A DNA stretch of 64,000 nucleotides from a virus: positions 1 to 64,000 of IMG/VR virus record IMGVR_UViG_3300010430_000017; one strand, written 5' to 3'. The notes under the pieces are model-generated. The model saw nothing but the letters and a program-made list of their open reading frames with translations. It searched no databases and was not told the DNA's origin. Made by a program: the position numbers and the translations under genes. The first letter of the stretch is position 1. The number at the start of each line of letters is the position of its first letter. This document shows positions 38,213-47,004 of the stretch, one piece after another.

Positions 38213-39105
38213 TGAAGATTCTCAAAGAAATGTACATGATTAACAGCGCTTCAGGTAATGAAAATGAACTCCAAATCTATATCAGAAAACAACTGGATAG
38301 TATTGGTATTGAATATTATATTGACAAATACAATCAAACATACAATTTGAATCACAAGCACAAGCCATTAGTTTCTGCCCATGCTGATCAGGTGGGAACA
38401 AAACCCCTAAGATGGATTAAAGAATCAAACGATAAAATATACAGTCATGATAACCTTGGCGCTGATGATAAAAATGGTGTATTTATTGTCCTTGAGTTGT
38501 TAAAGAAGTATCCCAATTTGAATTTCATTCTATCGAATCAAGAGGAAGTCGGTGGACTATGTGATAAATTATTGGAGCAAAACAAGGATAAATTAAAATC
38601 AATACCTTACGGGCTTATATTTGACAGAAAAGGTAACGGTGATATCATTGGAACAGGTAATCAATATTGCTGTGAAGAATTCGAGCAGGATTTGGAGGCA
38701 GTAGGTGAAGATTTTGGTTATAAAGCAAATATCGGTGTTTGGAGTGATGCGGATACTATATCGGATTATATCAGTTGTGTGAACCTTAGTTGTGGATATT
38801 ATAACGCTCATACAGCTAACGAGTACACAATAAAATCCGAAGTCATTAATTGCTTTGATTTTAGTTGTGAGATAATCAATAAGATTACTAAACGATACCC
38901 AGCGCCGGATAAAACTTTCGATTATTACATGGATGAATGGACAGCGCAGGAAATGGATAGTTTTAATCATGGTTGCTGCCCATGTTGCGGAGTTGATTTT
39001 GAATATAATCTATCGCATGATTGTTATTGTGATAATTGCGGCCTTGACCTAATTGACTTTGAAAATGAAATATACTTTGAATCCGAAGATTATTTATACG
39101 ATTAA
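38212..39105 (+). CDS. M28/M20-like Zn-dependent peptidase with C-terminal zinc ribbon
   Basis: SAHADQV, LGADDKNG, EEVGG, FDRKG and GYYNAHT..E. Confidence 0.85.
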   Translation: MKILKEMYMINSASGNENELQIYIRKQLDSIGIEYYIDKYNQTYNLNHKHKPLVSAHADQVGTKPLRWIKESNDKIYSHDNLGADDKNGVFIVLELLKKYPNLNFILSNQEEVGGLCDKLLEQNKDKLKSIPYGLIFDRKGNGDIIGTGNQYCCEEFEQDLEAVGEDFGYKANIGVWSDADTISDYISCVNLSCGYYNAHTANEYTIKSEVINCFDFSCEIINKITKRYPAPDKTFDYYMDEWTAQEMDSFNHGCCPCCGVDFEYNLSHDCYCDNCGLDLIDFENEIYFESEDYLYD

Positions 39106-39609
39106 GGACATACTATGAAAAATCACTACATGTTTATCTGCAAAGGCACAAAACAAAAACAACCAGGAAAGAAATTTGACAATCTCAACAATATAAAACA
39201 ACATCAAAAAAGAATCATTGAGAGTAATAGGTACAGAAATGGAAGATAAACTATCCGAAAGAATTGTTGAACTATCTAAGCAACGAAGGCTTGCAAGAAA
39301 GAAACTTCAAACAACTAAAACTATAGAGATATCCGGGCAGATTAAAGAATGTAAGATAATGTTAAATTTCTTGTTGACAGACAAACATTATCTTGATATG
39401 TAATAACTATGAATAATACTAATAAAAAAGGGGAGTGCAATGATTGAAAATTTCACAGATATGGTAGGAAAAACAATTAAATCAGTTGACGAGTCTTCAC
39501 AAAATTGTGTGGTAATTACATTCACCGACGATACAAAAGTGTCTGTTTATGCTGAAAGTCACTCGTCGCCTTATAGTTTTCCATACTTTGAGTTCGAAAC
39601 AGAAGACTA

Positions 39610-39867
39610 ATGAGCAAACTTACCGCATACGACCACGAAAGCATATTGTTGCATTTCTCGGGGAGATTATACCAAAGATATAATATCTTTAAGAATGCCA
39701 GAATACTACAACAGGATTTCAAGCGTCTGGTCAGTAGTGGTGAGGCTGTTAAGATGTGGGATTATGATAAGACAAAGGCGGCTTATGTTACACGGTATGA
39801 ACAAGCTAAGGTGCTGTTTGTGTGGTCCCATGAACATAAGATGGCTAAAACAGCACTAACTTTGTAA
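39610..39867 (+). CDS. Hypothetical protein
   Basis: Colinear ORF, last before the non-coding gap. Confidence 0.45.
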   Translation: MSKLTAYDHESILLHFSGRLYQRYNIFKNARILQQDFKRLVSSGEAVKMWDYDKTKAAYVTRYEQAKVLFVWSHEHKMAKTALTL

Positions 39868-39874
39868 CTTTCTA

Positions 39875-39896
39875 AATGATAATGATTATCATTATG
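39875..39896. promoter_or_regulatory. Fur-box-like palindrome
   Basis: GATAATGATTATCATTATG matches GATAATGATAATCATTATC at 17 of 19 positions. Confidence 0.7.
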
Positions 39897-40135
39897 ACAG
39901 GAATAGGCAAGTTTTTGGTTTTGGTTGATAATAAAACATAAGATTATTCTGCATAATACCTGCTATTAGCTTAGGCTTTAAAAATAGTGCTTTAAATTGA
40001 CGTTTAGGTAAGGGTTGATACGATGGTATAGACCAATGTCTAAAACGCTCTTAAAAAGGCAATTTATACGCACTGAGCTAATACTTTTGCAATAGAATAA
40101 TCCTTAGTTGATCTCCAGGATTACACAAAACTCAT

Positions 40136-40151
40136 TGGCATCTATTTTGCA
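40136..40151 (+). promoter_or_regulatory. sigma54 motif
   Basis: TGGCATCTATTTTGCA. Confidence 0.65.
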
Positions 40152-40162
40152 GAATGATTTGC

Positions 40163-40245
40163 AAAAGAAAAAACAAAGAAAAGAAAAAGAAAAAAAGAAA
40201 AGAACCAAAAGAAAAAAAGAAAAAGAAAAGAAAATAAAAAGAAAA
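40163..40245 (+). repeat. A/G-rich polypurine tract
   Basis: About 83 nt of (A)nG units with only four pyrimidines. Confidence 0.85.
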
Positions 40246-40803
40246 TATTTATAGGGTATAAAAGAACATTATTCGCTTCGCTCATTGTAGCCTTTCACTG
40301 CGTTAGCTTTTCTTTTATTCTTTTTACAACACTAAACCTTCCTATCTCTTGGCTGATTATGGGTTGTTTAAGGCTTAAGTTATTAAAATCTTTGTCTTTT
40401 GGACAAGTATTAAGACTTTTAGTAGTTACTTTTAAGTCTTGTGCAGTTAAAGCATTGTTGTGGGCAAAGAATGTAAATTCTGACAAGTGTATCTGGTGTT
40501 CTTTTGTATAGAAACAAATAGGTAATTTGACAGGAATAGGCAAGTTTCTACAATAGTCGAAATAACATTATTAACTTAAAATAATCGTTGACTTAGTTTC
40601 TGGTATGAGATAAGAAATATCTTAAATAAATAAAGGAGAAAACAAATGCTTATACTTTGGATTATTACAGGTTGTTTTATTGGGTTTATGGGTGTAGAGG
40701 TTATAGCTTCAATTACTAAAACTCAATGGCCAGTTTTATTAAATTTAATGGCGTCTTTTGTTGGAGGGTTTTTAGCTTACAATTGGGCTATCGGGGTTTT
40801 CTA

Positions 40804-41040
40804 ATGAAGTACATAACGTTTAACATAATCGGATTTTTACTGGTTTTATTATTAGCTGAAATTGATGGTAGTTCAATGAGAGAAAAAGAAATCTATGTGC
40901 CGCCTGTATTATCAATAGCTATTGACAAAACAAACATACCTATTCATTGTCTGGGGATTCAATCCGATACAAGAAAGAAATTTAGTACAAAAACATTGAC
41001 AAGGAATGGTCGTAGGGTTTATAATAATTGTAAGTATTAA
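40804..41040 (+). CDS. Small membrane or secreted protein
   Basis: Hydrophobic N-terminus. Confidence 0.4.
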   Translation: MKYITFNIIGFLLVLLLAEIDGSSMREKEIYVPPVLSIAIDKTNIPIHCLGIQSDTRKKFSTKTLTRNGRRVYNNCKY

Positions 41041-41055
41041 TATAAAGGATATAAT

Positions 41056-41361
41056 ATGAAAGTATTAGTGATTTTCGATCTAATCCCAGAAGAAACAAAA
41101 AAGGCTATCGTGGATATGACTCAAGAGGAATATGATTACTTCAAACAAGGTGACGGCTGTATCATCGGCACGATGGGGAATACAGATGAACAAGAGGTAA
41201 TTGTGAATGTGATAAATAATGCTTTTTGTGAGGATGAAAAATGCAAAGAATATTGCGAAAATGACCAAGAGCTTAAGTATTTCGGTAAATTCGAACATCA
41301 AGAGAATACTTCGGATCTACGTGGTGTTGATTATATGATTTATTGCGGGTGCTTTCTTTAA
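41056..41361 (+). CDS. Hypothetical protein
   Basis: Promoter TTGACA(40996)..TATAAT; RBS AAGGA. Confidence 0.6.
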   Translation: MKVLVIFDLIPEETKKAIVDMTQEEYDYFKQGDGCIIGTMGNTDEQEVIVNVINNAFCEDEKCKEYCENDQELKYFGKFEHQENTSDLRGVDYMIYCGCFL

Positions 41362-41403
41362 GCTGAGGGGATGTAAAGCGATAAAATAAAAAAGGGGAAT
41401 CAG

Positions 41404-42054
41404 ATGAAGACTTTTGAATATGATGGTAAACAGTTTGAAGCGGTAATAATGAATGATCCTGGTACTTGTAGGTCATGCTCTTTCAGAGAAATGGATAGTT
41501 GCCCAAGAGACTTAACGAATTATTGTGACGATCATCCTATTGTATTCCATGAGATCAAGAAAAAAGAATTTGATGCAGTTAAGGTTGAAGAAAACAAAGA
41601 AAGTTTTGTAGTAAAACATAACAACAAAGAATACGAATTCAGGGCTTTTACTTTGATTGATCTATATAAAAAGAAATTTCATAGAAGAGAATTTATCAAG
41701 CTAATGGAAAGAATGGAGGAAATTAACTTTGGTCCGGGAGAAGAAGTTATCTCAGAAACTGAATTTCTGCACCTTCGTGTTTTGTCAAAAAATATTAGTT
41801 GGCTTATTGATAATGGCTTCGGGAAACAAATTGTCAAAGAAACGATGTTGGAACCGGGGATGGTGCTTGTGAGTGATAAACCGGAGAAAGAGGAACTTGT
41901 GTATATTAATAAGGATAAACTTATAATGGGTAAGGGCTGGATTCTTAATCGGTCCTGGTACGATAAAGGGCAGGCAAAACTTTACCCATGTAGGACACTT
42001 GAGAAATTAAATAAGTATTCTTTGTTTACATGGAAAATTAAACCCACTGACTAA
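41404..42054 (+). CDS. Hypothetical protein (distant paralogue of 15522-16166)
   Basis: Shares FT..DLY, LEPGM and YPC..L motifs with ORF 15522. Confidence 0.6.
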   Translation: MKTFEYDGKQFEAVIMNDPGTCRSCSFREMDSCPRDLTNYCDDHPIVFHEIKKKEFDAVKVEENKESFVVKHNNKEYEFRAFTLIDLYKKKFHRREFIKLMERMEEINFGPGEEVISETEFLHLRVLSKNISWLIDNGFGKQIVKETMLEPGMVLVSDKPEKEELVYINKDKLIMGKGWILNRSWYDKGQAKLYPCRTLEKLNKYSLFTWKIKPTD

Positions 42055-42072
42055 GTAAACTTATTTACTGTT

Positions 42073-42116
42073 TAAATCCCAGTATGTTATTTCTGATAGT
42101 AACATACTGGGATTTA
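42073..42116 (+). terminator. 17-bp perfect inverted repeat or terminator
   Basis: TAAATCCCAGTATGTTA / TAACATACTGGGATTTA. Confidence 0.8.
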
Positions 42117-42276
42117 TTATTTGTGCTTTAAAAGCACAGTATTTCTTTACTGAGGCACTACTAAACGGTAGTTTATGAAGTATCTGAATAGCAATTACTT
42201 GTAATTGAATGTGAAAATATACCAGGGAATATAATATACAATGATCTTCGGATACTGTGGTATTAGCGGGTTTGAT

Positions 42277-42311
42277 GGGGGTATATATTGTGTGATACTA
42301 TATATTGTGGT
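42277..42311. promoter_or_regulatory. Tandem NrdR-box-like sites
   Basis: TATATATTGTG at 42282 and 42299; ATACTATATATTGTGG resembles acaCwAtATaTwGtg. Confidence 0.55.
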
Positions 42312-42391
42312 TTGTTTTTATTAAGCTATTAATTTTTTATTTAATTTGTATTTGTTTTTTATGAAACTGTTTGTTTGTTTTAAGCCCTCAA

Positions 42392-42505
42392 TGCAATCTC
42401 CGTGCCACTAAGTTGATATATCAGTAATATACTTAAGATATATCAAAAGAATACTATAGATATATCACTGGTATACCAAAGAAATACCATGCAATAATCC
42501 TACCA
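42392..42505 (-). promoter_or_regulatory. Two sigma54 motifs bracketing an 11-bp phased array
   Basis: Reverse-strand TGGCACGGAGATTGCA (42392-42407) and TGGTAGGATTATTGCA (42490-42505); GATATATC at 42415, 42437 and 42459. Confidence 0.7.
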
Positions 42506-42544
42506 ATTAATCCCACAACAAAATAAATAAAAATACAAAATAAC

Positions 42545-43060
42545 CATTGACAAGTATAATTTTGTTTGATATATAGGATCTATGATAAACAATAAATCAA
42601 ATATCAATCAGGAGGACACTATGTCAAAAGATTATGCTCTTATAAATTCAATGCCGGATTCGTCTTATGATTATTCCGCTGGATACTGCCATAGAATGGT
42701 ATCTTACTTTAAACTGAATCACCCCAATATGGTAAACAGTATTAAAGCCTGGGAAGATGAAGCAATAGTTAGAGCAGAACAACGGGAGAGTATCTGGGGG
42801 GAGGATCTTTCCGAGACTGAAACTACCGAAGAAACCACAACGGATCAAACAAGTACTGAATACCCCAACCTTGATAACTCCATCCCTGAAGACAGCACAC
42901 CGGTTGAGATACTCACAGGACCCTTTACAGGAATAACAGCGTACACAAGAGATAATAGGCTGTTTGGTATGGTGTTTGGTCTTGCCCTTGAGATTAATCC
43001 TACAACAAAACAATATTAATTAAAATAATCATTGACAAGTATAATTTTGTTTGATATATA
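42545..43060 (+). repeat. Duplicated 31-bp sigma70 promoter
   Basis: CATTGACAAGTATAATTTTGTTTGATATATA at 42545-42575 and 43030-43060. Confidence 0.9.
42621..43019 (+). CDS. Hypothetical early protein with T/E-rich linker
   Basis: RBS AGGAGG; own promoter. Confidence 0.65.
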   Translation: MSKDYALINSMPDSSYDYSAGYCHRMVSYFKLNHPNMVNSIKAWEDEAIVRAEQRESIWGEDLSETETTEETTTDQTSTEYPNLDNSIPEDSTPVEILTGPFTGITAYTRDNRLFGMVFGLALEINPTTKQY

Positions 43061-43334
43061 TGATCCATCAAACAAAAACTAAGGAGCTAACGACATGAGA
43101 CATTTAATCACCGCCAGCATTATAGAACTAACAATCATGGGTTTACTGGTAATGGATATGAACAATCACGGTATCGTCTCCCAGTTGTTGTTTGCAGCAA
43201 TCAAGACTTACATCAACCCCGAATTGACCTGGAGTTAATAATGAAAAGACTAATCAACATATACATCATTGCACCGATTGTAGCTAATACAATCATAATA
43301 TTGATAATTAATAGCTTATAGGAAAGGAATTGAG

Positions 43335-43637
43335 ATGAGAAATACAATCAAGAATAAAACAGAGTTAAGATACACAATCAAGAACGCCATAGGCAACACA
43401 GATAGTCTTGACTACGTAGAATTTTATCAGGACTGGACATGGGATATCATGGGATGCAATACCTGGACTACTAACGATGTATGCTATAGGTGTCAGCTGT
43501 CCGAGCTTGCATGGGCAATGGATTGGGAAAGCTCAGTGGATGAGACTATAACAGAGAAATTCCGTGATTTAGAATCACATATTATTTCTTGGAACCAAGC
43601 TACCAAGGAACACCGGCGGGAGCTTTGTCCTTGGTAA
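43335..43637 (+). CDS. Hypothetical early protein
   Basis: RBS AAGGA; followed by a terminator. Confidence 0.6.
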   Translation: MRNTIKNKTELRYTIKNAIGNTDSLDYVEFYQDWTWDIMGCNTWTTNDVCYRCQLSELAWAMDWESSVDETITEKFRDLESHIISWNQATKEHRRELCPW

Positions 43638-43651
43638 TATAACCAACAATT

Positions 43652-43686
43652 AAACCCCTGGAGTTAATTCCCCAGGGGTTTTGTTT
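43652..43686 (+). terminator. Intrinsic terminator
   Basis: Stem AAACCCCTGG/CCAGGGGTTT followed by a T-run. Confidence 0.85.
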
Positions 43687-43721
43687 GTCTTGTATGATAA
43701 CAATGTTCACAAGAATTAACT

Positions 43722-43804
43722 TGCAATTCTTATGCCAGTAACAATGTTAATATTATTTATCAAGATATTTTCGATTTACCATCGTTCTTGGTATGGTTAT
43801 TGCT
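43722..43804. promoter_or_regulatory. Divergent pair of sigma54 motifs
   Basis: Reverse-strand TGGCATAAGAATTGCA (43722-43737) and forward TGGTATGGTTATTGCT (43789-43804). Confidence 0.65.
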
Positions 43805-43912
43805 TGTGTGTTAAACACCTAACTCTCTATTTTTATTATATATCCTAATTCTCTCTATGAAGTCTTTTATATCTTTGGTATTTTACTAATAAATAGTTCT
43901 CTTTTGCATAAT

Positions 43913-44899
43913 TTACATTGTCTCTCCATTCCTCCATAGCCGTAGAGACTCTTGTATTCTCTTGCTGTTTTTATGTCTCTTATTTAAGAACGCCTCAAAA
44001 CTCAACTTCTTAAACAAATGAACTTGGTTACACCAAGAAGCAAGATCAACATAAAACTCATGATACCGAGCACCCCAGCAACTAATATCTCTCATTACAT
44101 AAGGAAGACACTTCCTCCCCCTGAGATATTTTATTCTATATATAGTTTCCCTGAGTTCCATTACAGGGTGAACATACACAAAGAATTTTAGCTTCCAATC
44201 ATTAACCCATTGAAGCAATGGGAGTTTTTCGTCTAAATATTTCTTGTACTTAATATCATCAAAAGCAAAGACGTACTCTTTCCAATAATTAAGCTTCCTC
44301 AAAGCCTTTGAGTTTTCTTTATTAACTAACCTAATATCAAGACCTTGGTTGAATTGGCATTTAACCCCTATCTCCGCTATCTTATTCAGTTCCCAAAGAT
44401 GCCTTTTGTACCCAAGAATATTATTATCCATGAACTTCACTTTATCATGCTGAATAATATCCTCTACTTCAGATACTTTATGAATCCTCCCTTCTTTCTT
44501 GGGGACTTTACAAAACCAACAACTCCTTACGCATCCCCTTGTAATAAAACCATAAGAAGTATCATTATAAGGGTAAATAGAGTAATCAGGTTTACATCTT
44601 TCTACCTCCTCCCCTAATGTAGTCGTTAGATCTACGCCAGTACCTCCGAAAAAGATACCATCTCCGTGGATATGTTGGATATTATTTTCAAAGATAACAC
44701 TACAAAATACTTCATTGTATTTTTCTGTGGCTATCTGATAGTCCTTTTTATTTCTATTAGGAAAATAGGGGAGATGTAGCTGTTGTATTCTAACTTCGTG
44801 ACCTTTTTCTTTGTAATAAGTACTTAACTTCATAAGAGCGAGATTTGGAATTGTACTGTCAGCATCAATCAAAAGAACCTTCTTGGAATCAGTATTCAT
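43913..44899 (-). CDS. Radical SAM protein with cobalamin-binding-like N-terminus
   Basis: TRGCVRSCWFC.VP..EG; PNLALMKLS; DNN; FNQGLD.RL. Confidence 0.85.
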   Translation of the reverse strand: MNTDSKKVLLIDADSTIPNLALMKLSTYYKEKGHEVRIQQLHLPYFPNRNKKDYQIATEKYNEVFCSVIFENNIQHIHGDGIFFGGTGVDLTTTLGEEVERCKPDYSIYPYNDTSYGFITRGCVRSCWFCKVPKKEGRIHKVSEVEDIIQHDKVKFMDNNILGYKRHLWELNKIAEIGVKCQFNQGLDIRLVNKENSKALRKLNYWKEYVFAFDDIKYKKYLDEKLPLLQWVNDWKLKFFVYVHPVMELRETIYRIKYLRGRKCLPYVMRDISCWGARYHEFYVDLASWCNQVHLFKKLSFEAFLNKRHKNSKRIQESLRLWRNGETM

Positions 44900-45322
44900 T
44901 TTATTTGCCTCCTTATTTTAAAAGATTTTCCCTGTATTCCTCAGTATTATCCATTAAATAACCTTCCAAGTAATCAAAGCAAGGTAGTATAAGGTAATAC
45001 AATCAATTGTTGTGATATTCTGGTCTTTGAAGTAATAAGCATAGCATAATACAACACACGAGGTCAATGAGATAATTAAGTGCTCGTACCATTTCATATT
45101 AATATTCTCCTGTAGTCCTATAGTTATCAACTAACATAACCCCGGGGTTTATACCAATCATGATTACACTTTTTAATCTCTTCTTCTTCTTTTTTAATCG
45201 CTTCTTGATATTCCAAATAAAGATCCTGTTGCAGATTATTAATTTTTTCTTTATTGTCAGTACTAAATTTCTTAAATATCTTCATTATTATCCTTCAGTT
45301 TGATTACCTTTGGTAAGGCTTA

Positions 45323-45970
45323 CTATCTCTGATAGGGCCTGACATGCCAGAGTCCACAAGAAGTTATAGCACAATTAATAATCTCTGGCCTTTGTTCCTC
45401 TTTACACATCTTACAATATCTCTTTATAGCATTTTTGTATATCTTTTGTATTGTTCTCGATTCTACACCTGCATGACAATGTTTACAAAGGGTTATTAAA
45501 TTCCCTTCTTCGTCTTCACCTCCATACCTCCAAGGAAGAATATGATGCACATGTAAAGGTGTTTCTTTTGAGCCACATTTCTTACATCTATGATTATCTC
45601 TTGCTAAAATAATATCTCTTAACTTATACCACTTTGCTGTTGTTAATCTGGATCTATGTTTAGGTGTTAAACCGCCTCTCCAGCTGGGACTATTTTCTCC
45701 TGTCCTTGGGTTTGTTTTTTGAGACGCTTTTTGTGCTTCGCTTACCATTTTTCTACCTTCTTCAGATGTTGTCCAGCACTCACAGGAACAGTACCTATGA
45801 GTTTCTATTTTATATGGGGTTACATAAAACTTTTTACCACAAGTAAGACATTTTTTATATGCACCTCTTCTTACTGAAGTATTTGAAAGTTTTCTATTAT
45901 AATAACAACTTCGTGAACAATACTTCTTACCTTCTTTTACTTCATTACCACAAACCAGGCATACACTCAT
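45323..45970 (-). CDS. HNH endonuclease with zinc fingers and a fused Cys-rich C-terminal domain
   Basis: YCSRSC, GENSPSWRGG and RDNHRC..CG...LHVHHI.P......NLITLC..CH. Confidence 0.88.
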   Translation of the reverse strand: MSVCLVCGNEVKEGKKYCSRSCYYNRKLSNTSVRRGAYKKCLTCGKKFYVTPYKIETHRYCSCECWTTSEEGRKMVSEAQKASQKTNPRTGENSPSWRGGLTPKHRSRLTTAKWYKLRDIILARDNHRCKKCGSKETPLHVHHILPWRYGGEDEEGNLITLCKHCHAGVESRTIQKIYKNAIKRYCKMCKEEQRPEIINCAITSCGLWHVRPYQR

Positions 45971-46136
45971 AATTTCCCTTTCTAACGTACGTTTACATTC
46001 TCTCAGTAAGGCTATATACCCAAAACCATAAAAAGCTCTCTAAGAGGCTAAAAACAACCTTAGAATTGATTTCTGAATAACAATCAGATCAATATCTTCT
46101 TAACATCATTCTTTTATGCTCAATATACACCATGAG

Positions 46137-46460
46137 CTATTTCTTGTCAAGACTATCCTTCTCCATACTCATAAAAGTCCCATCCGAGAAATCTCTATCA
46201 TCAATACTGAATATTTCTTCTTTACCACAAATAGTACATACTTTTTGTATATCATATTCGTTCCAAATCTCATCCTCGTACCCTCTTGTAGCAGGACAGG
46301 AGTAACATATTTCATCATCCCTTGTTACTCTTAAATTTTGGTTTCTCCCGATAACTGCATACCTGTATTTATGCTCACAATGGGAGTCCTCACAAGCCCC
46401 GCATTCTTCCTTTGTACTCCAAGTATCCAAACACACTTCGCATTCGTAGTAAGTTTTCAT
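46137..46460 (-). CDS. Cys-rich hypothetical protein
   Basis: CEVC and CTIC. Confidence 0.55.
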   Translation of the reverse strand: MKTYYECEVCLDTWSTKEECGACEDSHCEHKYRYAVIGRNQNLRVTRDDEICYSCPATRGYEDEIWNEYDIQKVCTICGKEEIFSIDDRDFSDGTFMSMEKDSLDKK

Positions 46461-46639
46461 CTAATAGCTCCTTTGTATTCTTTTCTTGTAATACTGTCAT
46501 ATTTTCTTCCACAAGCAGGACAACACATATCCTTGGGCCTTCCTCTTCCTGTTTGAACTAACTCAGGAGCAAAAATACTCGCAGGAGAGAAGCACTTACC
46601 GCAATATAATTTATTATTTCTAAGTATAGCTTTAGTCAC
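46457..46639 (-). CDS. Zinc-ribbon protein
   Basis: CGKC and CPAC. Confidence 0.5.
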   Translation of the reverse strand: MTKAILRNNKLYCGKCFSPASIFAPELVQTGRGRPKDMCCPACGRKYDSITRKEYKGAIR

Positions 46640-46829
46640 TTTTCAACTCCTTATAGTTAATAATTACAACTGTGTCATAGTTACTTTGTCTTTTAATATC
46701 CTCAGCCATTCCTACTATCTGTGTATACGTTTCTAATTTTTTATCAGAGGTATACTCGCACATCCCGGTCCCAGAATGTGACGGCGACCAATATCCGTAA
46801 GAGATAAAGTATTTATATTCTTTAGTCAT
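46632..46829 (-). CDS. Hypothetical protein
   Basis: Overlap-coupled with neighbours; RBS AAGGAG. Confidence 0.5.
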   Translation of the reverse strand: MTKEYKYFISYGYWSPSHSGTGMCEYTSDKKLETYTQIVGMAEDIKRQSNYDTVVIINYKELKSD

Positions 46830-47004
46830 TCTTAAGCTCCTTCCTTGAGTACATATTAAATACCCTGTTGCATCCTCTGCACATGAGGTAATCTTCACCA
46901 ACCCATGATTTAGTTAATACCACATTAGTGTTAGAGATGTTAGAGCGACAGAAAGGGCATCTAAGCTTCCCTCCCTTGTCTGTAAGTGCTTTTTTCTTTT
47001 TCAC
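46822..47004 (-). CDS. Zinc-ribbon protein
   Basis: CPFC and CRGC. Confidence 0.5.
   Translation of the reverse strand: MKKKKALTDKGGKLRCPFCRSNISNTNVVLTKSWVGEDYLMCRGCNRVFNMYSRKELKND

Larger units (their letters stand above)
39895..40547 (+). repeat. 20-bp direct repeat flanking a non-coding segment
   Basis: TGACAGGAATAGGCAAGTTT at 39895-39914 and 40528-40547. Confidence 0.9.

Noticed and set aside
40295-40543. 82-aa minus-strand ORF within the repeat-bounded gap
   Set aside because: TTG start without an RBS, opposite to local transcription, and no motif
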